Positions 32,210 through 42,756 are shown, counted from the stretch's first letter. The stretch is DNA of 64,000 nt from an uncultured Verrucomicrobiae bacterium (GCA_963836755.1 CAWIKF010000002.1:384001-448000), one strand, 5' to 3'. Notes: a model not told the origin generated them from the sequence alone. Translations and numbers: made by a program.

Positions 32210-33055
32210 TCATTCCATCTTTTGCTTCTCCCGATCGTAGGCAGTGGTGATGTAGGCGGCGGCGTTGCCTCCGCCCGCCGCTTTTTCGGCCGGTGTCTTA
32301 GCTTTCCAATCGGATACCGCAAGCGCCATTGCCCGTCTGGTCAACTTCAAGCGCTTCATCCACATTGCACCGTTCGTGGCCATTTCCCGCGGGCCGACAG
32401 CGTTGCAGAGGTCCCGCCAGACTTCATCATCGATAGTCTCCTCAGTTCTCGCGAACGTGGCAGGAGCGACCGTTCCAAGGCTCTCGGTGCTCTGCCGGTG
32501 AGTCGAATCCTTCCCACTCGACTGAGCCCGAATTGATGGCGCACAAACAGTCGGCGAACCCTTCCAGAGCGACCTGGCTTCGCGCGCGCTGAGACTCGGT
32601 ATTTTGAGTCCTCTTTTCATACCTCTTTTCGTGTGAACTCAGTTCACACTTCTCCGCCTTCCCGCATCCACGGATGTTTGAGGAAACGATACCGTTTAAC
32701 GCCTCCCCTTCCAGTTCCGTCCCGCTCGATAAGATGGCGATTCTCTAGGGAAATTAACGATATTCGATGATCTGCGGCTTCGACTGATCCCAACCTGGTT
32801 CGCGATCGTCGAATGCGAGGCCCACACGACGCCGTGATTACCCGCGAAAAAAACTAGCCGTGCATATACCAGCTTTTCTCCTGGCGTTGCCTCCGGCCTG
32901 GAGAGCAGCCACAGCGGTAGCGGCGCATAAAGCTCATGCTGCTTCTGCGGGATGATGCGCTCGCGCGGCCATGCGCACTCTAGCGGGGCCTTGCACAGCT
33001 TGTTGTATTCGCGCGGCTCCACCGGCTCGTCGTGGGCTCCGGCAACCGTCAGCAT
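32210..33055 (-). pseudogene. Phage-type replication initiator (N-terminal winged HTH), disrupted
   Basis: PLWLL...TPGEKLVYARL..FAG..G..WASHSTIANQVGISR, then a CELSSHEKRYEKR linker and a C-terminal helical domain (32210-32620) in other frames. Confidence 0.6.
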
Positions 33056-33396
33056 TTTCTGCGCGGCATTGAGGGCGCGTTTGTTTGCGTCCCGAGCCTT
33101 GTCATTCGCCGCGCCGGCTCTGAATGATCAGCGCGATAGTAGAGAGGAAAGATTGCTTGTCCTTCTTCTGTATTTTGCCGAAACCAGGAACGCGCGTGAA
33201 ATACCGTCCCTTGGCTTTGCATTGTGCCAATGATTGACACGTTGCCACCAAGCCCAATCGTCAGCGTGCCATCTGCATTTTCGACATACTCGACATCGAC
33301 ACCATTCGCGCCCCGAAAAACCTTCTGGCGGTTGGTTGCGAGGTCTGGCGCTTCGTCTACGGTGAAGAGCGGGAGCTGGGCGGGCTGTGAACTCAC
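33049..33396 (-). CDS. Hypothetical protein (possibly frameshifted N-terminus of the rep gene)
   Basis: Start overlaps the upstream stop; co-oriented in the integrase operon. Confidence 0.45.
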   Translation of the reverse strand: MSSQPAQLPLFTVDEAPDLATNRQKVFRGANGVDVEYVENADGTLTIGLGGNVSIIGTMQSQGTVFHARSWFRQNTEEGQAIFPLYYRADHSEPARRMTRLGTQTNAPSMPRRKC

Positions 33397-33707
33397 GCCG
33401 TGCGCTTGGCGGGTTTGCCGGTGGGGAGGGCTGGTTTGGTGTTCGCCTTTGGATTGGTGAACTGGCGGCTAAATTCGCCGCGTGCCGCGCGATAATTGAA
33501 CTCGAGGATGGACTCGTGCGGCACATAATGCCGCCCGGCGATGTTAACCGTTTTGATCCAGCCACGTTTGCGAAATCTCCATCCGCTCACGGGCGAAAGC
33601 CCCATCTCAGCAAGAAATTTGTCAAGGCTGACGGGTGGATGCGCCTCTCCCGTCGTTAAGCACAACCGGGCTTTCGTCTCAATTCTTTGCGTAGCTGCGT
33701 TGAGCAT
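33393..33707 (-). CDS. Excisionase/AlpA-like HTH DNA-binding protein
   Basis: SLDKFLAEMGLSPVSGWRFRKRGWIKTVNIAGRHYV, a MerR/Xis-type winged HTH near an integrase. Confidence 0.7.
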   Translation of the reverse strand: MLNAATQRIETKARLCLTTGEAHPPVSLDKFLAEMGLSPVSGWRFRKRGWIKTVNIAGRHYVPHESILEFNYRAARGEFSRQFTNPKANTKPALPTGKPAKRTA

Positions 33708-33776
33708 CGCGACATTTCATGTCAGGAGCTCTCTGAACACAAATAGACATGGTGAACTTTTATATCTACCTGAGGA

Positions 33777-34359
33777 TCAGTCACAAAATTTAAGTCCAAG
33801 ATTAGCTGCATCCTTCCAAAGTTGACCTCGCGGCCCCATTGAATGAGGATATCTTGGGCACAGGGCCTTAAATTCGTCTCTCCATTCCGCACGCGTAGGG
33901 AACTCACCGCGATTCCCACACCTGACGTAATTCCAAGAGCGAATCATTTCATTGCTCTGTTTATCAACGTAACCCCCAGGAACCTTCGAGCGGTCGATCA
34001 CATCGGCAACCGAGCGGAAAAAATCAGCATTCCGTTGTCTCAACGCTTCGATGAAATCCGTTAAGAGCTCTGCCACGGGTTTCTCGCACTCTAATCGTCG
34101 CGGGTGGAATGGGACGTTTGCCTCCTTCATATAGCAGTCGGAAGTGCATGGCTACTTGATCCATGGGATCCTTGCTTTTTTGGGCTTGCCGGATTTCTTT
34201 GGGCGAAGGTGGTGGCAAAACGGGATGCAAGAAATCCAGTGCTGTATAAGTCTTCCGCGCGAGCTCATCAAACCTTCCCAACTTCACGTTCAATTCACTA
34301 TCACGAAAAGATTGAGAGGCCGCCGGCGCACCTTTCCGATTGATAAATTTAGGTTTCAT
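33777..34359 (-). pseudogene. Hypothetical protein downstream of integrase, probably one frameshifted gene
   Basis: Overlapping ORFs 34024-34359 and 33777-34130; starts 3 nt after the integrase stop. Confidence 0.45.
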
Positions 34360-34362
34360 GAG

Positions 34363-35571
34363 TCACGCGACAGCAACAACACCTAAACCAAAGTTTAGTC
34401 GTCGGGCGGCCTGCCGACGATGATCTTGCAGCAGATGCCCATAAACTTTCCCGACCAGGATTCCCCCGTCTTTATGCCCCATCCAGGCGGCGATGGTCAT
34501 AAAATCGAGTCCTGCCATGACGCAAAAGCTGGCGAACCAGTGGCGAAGATCATGAAAGCCTACCCATTCCAGGTTCGCAGCCGCGCGCGCCAACCGGAGG
34601 CTTTCGCGAAAGGTGCGGGCATGTTCATCGCGAGAGCCGCGCTGAGGCGAGGGGAAGAGCCATGAGCAATCGGGCGCACGACGCGCGGCCATGTCACGCA
34701 GTAAAGCGCCGAGCCGTTCGTTGAACTCCACCTCCCGGGTCTCGCGATTCTTCGAGACGCCCCCGGCCCCGATGAGCACGCGTTCTTCAGCGAAATCCAC
34801 ATCCACCCAACGCACCTTGAGCGCTTCCTGTTCCCGCGCGCCGCTGTAGGCAAGGAATCGCAGGTAGTCGGCGAACTGCACCGCATTCTTCGCGCACGCG
34901 ATTGGCACCGCGGCGAGCAATCGCTCGAATTCTGCCGGCGTGAGCAATCCGCGCTTCGGCGACTCGGGTTCTTTGAGTTTTTTCAGTTTGAGTGAAATCA
35001 AATCGGCTTCGCGCAAATAACCGTCATCGACTGCACGCTTAAGCACATTGCGCAGCGCGACCTGATCGAGGTTCACCGTGCGCGGCGAGAGGCCGGCCCG
35101 CAGCCGCTTGTCCTTGAAGCTGGCAATCATCGGTGTGGCGATGCGGTCAATGCGCACATCCCCCAAGTGCCGAATCCAACGATCGAGTGCCTGCCGTTCG
35201 TTTTCGAGCGTGCCAGGTTTTTTCTGCGCGATCTCGGCTTTGCCGAAATACGTTTCGACGTAGGCAGCGAGCGTTGGCTTGTGCCCGCACGTCGGCAGTG
35301 CACGCTCGCGGCGGGCGTTGCGCAGAACATCCATCGCCTCCTTGGCTTCGTTGAGCGTCTCGACCGGCGCGCCATCGGCGGTGCTCAGGGGGAATTTGCG
35401 CGCTGTCTTTTTGCCGTCGTTGCGGTCCATCCAAAGCTGGCCGTAGAAGCGGCCGTTGCGGGAATAGATTCCCCGCACTCGGCGGTTGCGCGAATCGCGG
35501 ACGCCGATAAACTGCGCCGTATGTGGATGAGCTTCCTCCGACGTGTTTCTTTGCCTTTCGATGCATTTCAT
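34363..35571 (-). CDS. int: Tyrosine recombinase / phage integrase
   Basis: FLAYSGAREQEAL (R), SKNR (K), FHDLRH (HxxR), WMGH...VYGH (H, Y). Intact and 59 bp from the tRNA. Confidence 0.95.
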   Translation of the reverse strand: MKCIERQRNTSEEAHPHTAQFIGVRDSRNRRVRGIYSRNGRFYGQLWMDRNDGKKTARKFPLSTADGAPVETLNEAKEAMDVLRNARRERALPTCGHKPTLAAYVETYFGKAEIAQKKPGTLENERQALDRWIRHLGDVRIDRIATPMIASFKDKRLRAGLSPRTVNLDQVALRNVLKRAVDDGYLREADLISLKLKKLKEPESPKRGLLTPAEFERLLAAVPIACAKNAVQFADYLRFLAYSGAREQEALKVRWVDVDFAEERVLIGAGGVSKNRETREVEFNERLGALLRDMAARRAPDCSWLFPSPQRGSRDEHARTFRESLRLARAAANLEWVGFHDLRHWFASFCVMAGLDFMTIAAWMGHKDGGILVGKVYGHLLQDHRRQAARRLNFGLGVVAVA

Positions 35572-35579
35572 GCCGTTGC

Positions 35580-35601
35580 TCTAGCACAAATTCTAGCACA
35601 A
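35580..35601. repeat. Tandem TCTAGCACAA x2, candidate integrase arm-binding sites
   Basis: Exact 10-bp repeats at 35580 and 35592, between int and the tRNA. Confidence 0.55.
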
Positions 35602-35630
35602 CCGCAAGCCATTTCCTTTTCTACAGAGAA

Positions 35631-35712
35631 GCCAGGGTGGCGAAATTGGCAGACGCGCCAGACTTAGGATCTGGTTCCGTAAGGAGTAGGGGTTCGAGTC
35701 CCCTCCCTGGCA
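35631..35712 (+). tRNA. tRNA-Leu (anticodon TAG)
   Basis: Acceptor stem GCCAGGG/CCCTGGC, anticodon arm CCAGA-CTTAGGA-TCTGG, variable arm TCCGTAAGGA, T arm AGGGG-TTCGAGT-CCCCT. CCA not encoded. Confidence 0.97.
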
Positions 35713-35982
35713 CTTCTTCTGTAATTGCCCGGTGGGTGCAAGATGTCATGCTCCATCCCTATGCTTCCGATTAAGTTAGCCGCCAATGAATCTGTGGACA
35801 AAGTGCATGCTAATCCGGACCATCGATCAAATGACGTGCTTCGGAAGCACCACCACAAGGCGGTGCCCGAAAAGATTCGGAAAGGTTCTGGTCTATTCTT
35901 CTGAGGAGCGTCACTGACTTGAAAACGTTGGGAGCGAACGAAACCAAAACTTCAAGCTATTTGCTCCCGGACACGCCGCTGC

Positions 35983-36224
35983 ATGATGAGCCACGAGACA
36001 ACCGCCTCTCATCGGGAACCTGAAACAAAACAGACCGCTGCGAAGCACCCTTAGCTTTGGCGAGGCATTTCGATTCTGGCTAAAGCTAGGGTTTATCAGC
36101 TTCGGTGGGCCGACCGGGCAAATCGCGATCGTTCAAACCGAGCTTGTGGAAAAAAAGCGCTGGATCAGCCAGTCTCGATTTCTGCACGCGCTCAATTACT
36201 GCATGCTCCTGCCCGGCCCGGAAG
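35983..36224 (+). pseudogene. chrA: Chromate efflux transporter N-terminal fragment
   Basis: [26 protein letters not shown]...[22 protein letters not shown], then abrupt loss of similarity. Frameshift near 36050. Confidence 0.88.
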
Positions 36225-36640
36225 TGCGCCGGCAGTGAAGCCGCTGTTGTTGTCCACAATTGTGGGTGGGAAAAGGCAGATTTCCTGCGCACTGATCGCG
36301 GCGGTTCGTGATTGGTTCCCGCCAGTGCCACGTTTAGATTTTGTTGCCCTGAGGAATATGTATGACTTTGTTGCAATCATACTTAATCTGCTAGTTTTCC
36401 TGCCGAGTATATCTCCGTTTGGGTTCACTCGCTTTTGATCGGACCTCCATTTTTGCACGATCAGAAAATCACAGTTTCATCGAGATTGGTTGAGCGAGTG
36501 GCTGTCGCCGCGGCACTTCTTCATCTACTATTCCGCTGCACAGCATCTGGAGAATCACCTATGACGACTGGAGGAGCGCGGTCGCTAGGAGACGAATCTA
36601 CCAAAAAGCGGTTTTGCGCGCGTCCTTCACCTCGCAAGCT

Positions 36641-37400
36641 TCACTTGCGCGCGAGTAACTGACTTATGACCGGTTCCATCGCGTCTGCCCAAAGCTGGTA
36701 ACCGGAGAGGTCAGGATGTAGGCGGTCGCTGCCAAGGCCTTTCCAGTTCACGTCGTTGGTGCCGTCAGGTTTGGTGGTCGTGACTGGAGGCATGAGCGGA
36801 ACCAGATCCAGCCAGTAGACGGATTTGCCGTCGGCAAAATTCTTGATGAGAGCATTTGCCGCCATCATTTTCTCCTGCGCGCGCTGATTGGGCATGATGC
36901 TGACAAGAATCGTCTGCACGCTCGGGAAATTCGGTCTGGGTTCGGACGATGACGGCCTTGACGCCGTCGGCGATCTGCTGTGGCGTGTCTTTGGTATTGT
37001 TGGTGCCGATGAGGAGGACAGCCACTTTGGGATGCAGCCCGGTGAGGTCCACATGGTCGAACCGCCAGAGGACATTTTGGGTCGTGTCGGCGAAGACGCC
37101 AAAATTGAGAGCGTGTCGCATGGCGTAAGCTTTGTCCCAGACGGCCTTGCCCGGCCCGAGCCAGCGGTCGGTGATCGAATCGCCGATGAAAATGATGTCG
37201 CACGGCTGGCCCTTGATCGCCGCCATGCGCGCTTGGAGTGCTTTCCAAGGCCCGGGCTTGCTAATGTAGCGGACGTTCATTGCGGGCTTTGTCGAATCTT
37301 CGCCAGCGGGGAGAGGAGCTGGCGCTGTCGCCGTTTGCGCGCAGAGCACCAGCGGCCAGAGGAGAAGAATGGCGTAGGCGGAGAGCGTCCGGACTTTCAT
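36641..37400 (-). pseudogene. GDSL/SGNH hydrolase (PAF-acetylhydrolase-like), one frameshift near 36928
   Basis: FIGDSIT, TTQNVLWR and LLIGTNN in one frame; DRLHPDLSGYQLWA in the next. Confidence 0.85.
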
Positions 37401-37659
37401 GGTGAGATCTAAGCTCAGCTGCGTCCCGGGCGCAATCTTGACCGGATGCGTTGCGCAGCCTAGACGAAGATTTTATTGTGCTCGCCGATTGAGCTTACGG
37501 TGACCTATAAAACGGTTTGTCTTTCGCCCGCCAAAGTGTCCAACGCCGAGAACTTCCCTCGTTACCCGTAACAATCCCGAGTTGCCCGCAAATGTGTTGC
37601 CTGGTGATTCGTGCATCAAAAGCACTTGAAGTGTGGACCCGCCTCCTTCGCCTCGCACC

Positions 37660-39003
37660 ATGAATATCTACCCCCGCTCCCTTCTGCTCCCCATTTCCAT
37701 CTTGCTCGCGCTCATGGATACCTCGCGCGCAGCGGACTACTATGTCGCTCCGCAAGGCAATGACTCACAGGCCGGGACGGTGGCCGCGCCTTTTGGCAGC
37801 ATTGCACGGGCGCAAGAGGCGGCGCAGCCGGGAGATACGGTTTACTTTCGGGGTGGGCTCTACCAAATCCCCGAAGAGGAGATCGGACGGAAGCAGGGCA
37901 TTTTCGCCTATGTTTTCGAGATGAACAAAAGCGGCCGGGGCGGGACGCCGATCAGGTATTGGGCTTACAAGGAGGAGAAGCCGGTCTTCGATTTTTCCCA
38001 GGTGAAAGCGGAGGGACTGCGGATCATAGCCTTCAATGTCACGGGCTCTTGGCTTCACTTCCGGGGGCTAGAAGTCGTCGGCGTGCAGGTGACGATGAAG
38101 ACGCATACGCAGTCCGAGTGTTTCGAGAACCACGGAAGCGACAACATCTATGAGCGGCTGAGCATGCATGACGGGCAGGCGATCGGTTGGTATCTAGTCA
38201 GTGGATCGAACAATCTGGTGCTGAACTGCGACGCCTATCGGAACTATGACTACACCTCGGAAGGTGGATCGGGCGGCAACGTGGACGGGTTTGGCTGCCA
38301 TCCGCGCAAGGGTAGCACAGGGAACGTGCTGAGGGGATGCCGCGCGTGGCTGAATAGCGACGACGGCTATGATTGTATCACCGCTTGCGAAGCAGTGACG
38401 TTCGACCATTGCTGGGCCTTCTATAATGGGTTCTCAGGGAACTTCATCAGCCGCGGAGATGGGAATGGCTTTAAGGCCGGAGGATGGGCGCGGACTCAGA
38501 CGGCGCGGCTGCCACATCCGTTCCCGCGGCATACGGTGCGCTTCTGTCTGGCGGTAGGGAATAAGGCGAACGGGTTTTACGCCAACCATTCCCTCCAGGG
38601 AGGCGATTGGTTCGATAACACGGCGTTCCGGAACGGAAATAACTTCAACATGGTGGAAAGGGTAAACGATCCGGACGGAATTCATTTTGACATCAACGTG
38701 CCGGGCGCGGGGCAGAAGATGAAGAACAACCTCGGCTACAAGGGGCGCTCGGAGGTGACCTCTTTGAACCGGGCCGAGAGCGATATCAGTTACAACTACT
38801 TTACTTTGGATGTGCAGGTGACGGACAAGGATTTCGTCAGCTTGGACGAGAGCCAGCTGACGCGGCCCCGGCAGGCTGACGGGAGTTTGCCGGAAGTGAC
38901 CTTCATGCACCTGGCGGAAGGGAGCAAGCTGGTCGACGCCGGAGTCGATATCGGCTTTCCGTTCCACGGGAAAGCGCCGGATTTGGGATGTTTTGAGCAG
39001 TAG
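37660..39003 (+). CDS. Polysaccharide lyase family 9-like right-handed beta-helix protein, secreted
   Basis: YYVAPQGND..GT..APF, PGDTVYFRGG, NVDGFG, NSDDGYD, GDGNGFKAGG, APDLGCFE. Confidence 0.85.
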   Translation: MNIYPRSLLLPISILLALMDTSRAADYYVAPQGNDSQAGTVAAPFGSIARAQEAAQPGDTVYFRGGLYQIPEEEIGRKQGIFAYVFEMNKSGRGGTPIRYWAYKEEKPVFDFSQVKAEGLRIIAFNVTGSWLHFRGLEVVGVQVTMKTHTQSECFENHGSDNIYERLSMHDGQAIGWYLVSGSNNLVLNCDAYRNYDYTSEGGSGGNVDGFGCHPRKGSTGNVLRGCRAWLNSDDGYDCITACEAVTFDHCWAFYNGFSGNFISRGDGNGFKAGGWARTQTARLPHPFPRHTVRFCLAVGNKANGFYANHSLQGGDWFDNTAFRNGNNFNMVERVNDPDGIHFDINVPGAGQKMKNNLGYKGRSEVTSLNRAESDISYNYFTLDVQVTDKDFVSLDESQLTRPRQADGSLPEVTFMHLAEGSKLVDAGVDIGFPFHGKAPDLGCFEQ

Positions 39004-39420
39004 CAGCGGCGGTGGCAGTGCGGAATGATTCCGCGGTGCCCACCATCTGCTCCGCTTGATGCTTGCGATAGACGCACGTCAGCCTCACTGCTTCGGCCGG
39101 ATCAATCTCCGCTACCTACAACATTGCCCGACCACTACGGAATTCTGTAACGGCTCGAGAAGGGCCGCACCGAGACAATGCGCGGGGAAGCCGTTTCTGA
39201 TCGCGATTCTTGGATTCCAGTGGCATCCGGCACGTGCAGTCCCGTAGCGAATGGTGTTGAGGCCGGCATTGTATAGACTGGAACGCGCAACGCTGGAGGT
39301 ATCTGCGGCATTTTCTCTCTTCTAGTAGAATTTTTCCCTTTGACCTATTTTTGCATTACTCTCCTCTTGGCATCTTACCCCAACGACAAGCTGTATATCT
39401 TAGCTTGAGACTTTCTCTAA

Positions 39421-39851
39421 ATGACTAGACTCCTTTTCTCCGCCAGTTCTTTTTCGGCGCTCTCATCCTCTCTTTCGGGATCTCAACGCGAGCCGACAAT
39501 GTGAGCCCTAGTTTTCCTCCAGTCGACAGTGAGCCGCTCGGCACGGTGAGTTCCGGAGCTATCGTGTTGCACGATAAGTGGCAAATGCGGGAAGAGGCCA
39601 TCGTGGGCGATCACGGCGAGACGTTTTCCTCTCCCACGTTCGATGCAGCGGGCTGGTATCCGGCGACCGTGACCATCGCGAGAAAGGCCAGGGTTCGCAT
39701 TTTCGGTCGCATTCTTCCCGGCAATAGGGCACTGCTGCATGTCAGTAGCGAGGTCGGGTTCGCACTTCGTTTTAACCCGGCCGATGACGAATGGGAAGCG
39801 GAACTGGACTTGCGGCCGAAGGAAATCAAGCGAGACATTCACGCGCTATGA
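39421..39851 (+). pseudogene. Chimeric remnant: GH2-like N-terminus fused to GNAT-like C-terminus
   Basis: Frameshifted signal peptide, then LHDKWQM...SSPTFDAAGWYPATV joined to RIFGRILPGNRALLHVSSEVGF. Confidence 0.55.
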
Positions 39852-41783
39852 ATCTAGCCGCCAGCGGCTCGGCGAACGGCGCGGGGCCAACGCTGAGTCA
39901 AAGAGCCACGGCCAGCTCGGTCCTGGTATTCGCCATCCGGTCTCTGGCACCGCAAGACCACGATCATCGCGGCGCTTTCCATCGTGGGCATCCTGATGCA
40001 TCTGGTCCTCCGCTTCGGCTTCCAGACAACTCCGGAAACCTACCAGGTTCCCTTACTCGCCACGCTTATCCTCGGCGGGCTGCCGCTTCTCTATGACCTG
40101 CTGCGGAAACTCCTGAAGCGGGAGTTTGGTTCCGATCTTCTCGGCGGTATTTCCATCATTACTTCCGTGCTGCTGGGCGAATACCTGGCGGGCTCGATCA
40201 TCGTGCTGATGCTCGCCGGCGGTGAAGCGCTGGAGAGTTACGCCTTGCGCAGCGCCTCCTCGGTGCTGGCCGCGCTCGCGAAACGGATGCCGTCGGTCGC
40301 TCATCGCAAAAGCGAAACGAAATTGCTGGATGTGGCGCTGGCAGAGATTGCGGTGGGTGACACGCTGGTGATTTACCCGCACGAGATTTGTCCGGCGGAT
40401 GGCGTGGTCATCGACGGCCACGGAGTCATGGATGAATCCTATCTCACGGGCGAGCCGTTCCAGATCACCAAGACCTCGGGCTCGACGGTGATCTCAGGCG
40501 CGATCAACGGCGAGTCGGCGCTGATCATTCGCACGACGCAGCGCGCCGCCGATTCGCGCTACGCGAAAATCATGGAAGTGATGCGCGAGTCGGAGAGCAA
40601 GCGGCCGCAGTTGCAGCGCTTGGGCGATCAACTGGGCGCGATCTACACGCCGGTGGCGCTGCTCGTGGCCGTGTTAGCCTGGGTGCTCAGTGGTGAATCG
40701 ATTCGGTTCCTGGCGGTGTTGGTCATTGCCACGCCGTGCCCTTTGCTGCTCGCGATTCCCATCGCCATCATCGGCTCGATTTCCCTCTGCGCGCGGCGGG
40801 CGATCATCGTCAAGACTCCCGTGGTGCTCGAACAAATCGCCGGATGCCGCACCGCGATCTTCGACAAGACCGGCACGCTTACTTATGGCGAGCCGAAGCT
40901 AACGGAGCAACTCATCGCTCCGGGTTTCGACCAAAAGGAAGTGCTGACGCTCGTGGCGAGTCTGGAGCGCTACTCGAAGCATCCATTGGCGCGCGCTATT
41001 CTCGCCGCGGCGAAGGAGGCTGGCATCGCACTCCCCGAGGCGACCGAAGTAGGTGAGGAGCCGGGTCACGGATTGCGTGGCACCGTGTCCGGCCATCATT
41101 TGCAGATCACCAGCCGCAACAAACTGCTCACGCAGAATGTGGCCGGTGCCGGGCTTCTCCCGGCGCTCGCCGGTGGTCTCGAATGTGTGGTGGTGATTGA
41201 CGACCATTACGCGGCGGCTTTGCGCTTTCGGGATGCGCCGCGCGCGGAGAGCCGCTCGTTCGTGAGCCACCTCGGACCGAAGCATCACTTCGCGCGCGTG
41301 ATGATTGTTTCGGGAGATCGCGAATCGGAAGTGCGCTATCTCGCCGAGCAGGTCGGCATTACCGAAATCTTCGCGCAGCAAAGCCCGGAAGAGAAACTCG
41401 CCCTCGTCCGCGAGGAAACGGCGAAAGCGAAAACCCTCTACGTTGGCGATGGCATCAATGACGCCCCGGCCATGATGGCCGCCACGGTCGGCATGGCGAT
41501 CGGACAAAATAGCGACGTAACCGCCGAAGCGGCGGGCGTGGTGGTCATGGATAACTCCCTCAGGAAGGTGGACGAGTTCATGCACATCAGCCGCCGGATG
41601 CGGATCATCGCACTTCAAAGCGCGGTGGGCGGCATGGCGCTGAGCGTCATCGGCATGATCTTCGCCGCCAGCGGTCATCTAAGTCCGGTAAGCGGTGCCA
41701 TCACGCAGGAGATCATCGACGTTCTCGCCGTATTGAACGCCCTGCGGGCAGCGTTTCCACCCAAGGTGATCCATGATCTGTAA
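39848..41783 (+). CDS. Heavy-metal P1B-type ATPase (P1B-5-like), probable 5' frameshift near 39900
   Basis: LTGE, TPCP, DKTGT, SKHP, VGDGINDAPA, QEIID. ATG at 39848 overlaps the upstream stop but is out of frame with the body (ORF from 39984). Confidence 0.88.
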
Positions 41784-41880
41784 GCTGTCTCGATGGCTGT
41801 GGGCTGGTGCAGGGGCACTCGCGTTTGTCGCGGGCATCGTCAATGTCGTTGGCCTGCTCGGCTTCGAGCATCAAGCGGTT
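41773..41880 (+). pseudogene. YoaK/DUF1275 membrane protein N-terminal fragment
   Basis: WLWAGAGALAFVAGIVNVVGLLGFEHQAV, then unrelated sequence. Confidence 0.65.
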
Positions 41881-42583
41881 AATGGGCTGCGAGTCCGCCC
41901 CCGCCCGCAACGGCAACTCCGCGGTGAAGTTGACCTACGCCAATGCCGGGACCTCAGGGTCGCGCTATACCTCATGCCAATCCCCTTGGCGGTGGACGGT
42001 CAGGTAGTGTGCTACGCTCATGTGGATGTCAGCGGGTCGAAAGAGAGCTCGCAAACCGTATTGTTTGCCGATCTGGCGCCCGGCGAGCGCGAGGTGAAGG
42101 CGGGCGTCCCCGCGTTCCCCTGGACGCACAAGTCGGTGAAGATCACGGCGACTCCTCCAGCAGTCCGATTTGTCCGCCGCCGGTCAAGACCCTGGCCTCA
42201 AGCGAAGGCCCCGGCATGGAAGCCAGTCATTTGTTTGACGGCAATCTTTCCCTAATTCCGTCGGGAAGGCTGACGGCTTGGCGGCGTTTACATGGCCGCG
42301 CCCAAGAAAAACGCCCCCATGCTTTGGACCGACTACGGCAAATCGATCAAGGCCAACGGGGGTGGCTTTCGCGCAACCACCTTCCTCTCCGGGCGAGCGA
42401 AACCATACGACGCCGATCAATCTGTGGTTTTTCCCTACCGATCCAGGTGGCGGCCCAGTGGTCTCTCACGTGACCACCAAGCGCGGTCCCGATGAAGCAA
42501 TAAGCATCCAGTGGCACAACGATTCTCTCTTGAGAGCTTATTCTTTCGGCCGTCCTCGCGTCGGCCAGTTTGTCGTCATGTAG
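41881..42583 (+). pseudogene. Frameshifted internal fragment of an unknown secreted protein (discoidin-like part possible)
   Basis: Protein-like text across frames: ASSEGPGMEASHLFDGN, LWTDYGKSIKANG. Confidence 0.3.
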
Positions 42584-42649
42584 CTCGTGGGGCACGGTGC
42601 CAGCGCCGGCGGCAGCGAATTGCGGCTGATCGCCCAGTAAAGAACGCAC

Positions 42650-42674
42650 CGAAAAATTAGCGAAAAATTAGCGA
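42650..42674. repeat. Tandem CGAAAAATTAG x2, candidate arm-binding sites
   Basis: 11-bp period repeat about 30 bp before the tRNA duplicate. Confidence 0.55.
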
Positions 42675-42701
42675 CTGAAATGGCTCCTCAGCGCAAAAAT
42701 G

Positions 42702-42756
42702 CAGACTTAGCATCTGGTTCCGCAAGGATTAGGGGTTCAAGTCCCCTCCTTGGCAC
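42702..42756 (+). repeat. att site: duplicated 3' part of tRNA-Leu
   Basis: 50/55 identical to 35659-35713, from the anticodon stem to the discriminator base. Confidence 0.93.

Larger units (their letters stand above)
35713..42756. mobile_element. tRNA-Leu-integrated islet without its own integrase
   Basis: Bounded by the tRNA and a 55-bp diverged duplicate of its 3' part; filled with cargo genes and fragments. Confidence 0.75.

Noticed and set aside
30858..35571. Complete prophage
   Set aside because: No large terminase, portal, capsid, tail or lysis genes.
42702..42756. Second functional tRNA gene
   Set aside because: Lacks the 5' acceptor strand and D arm.
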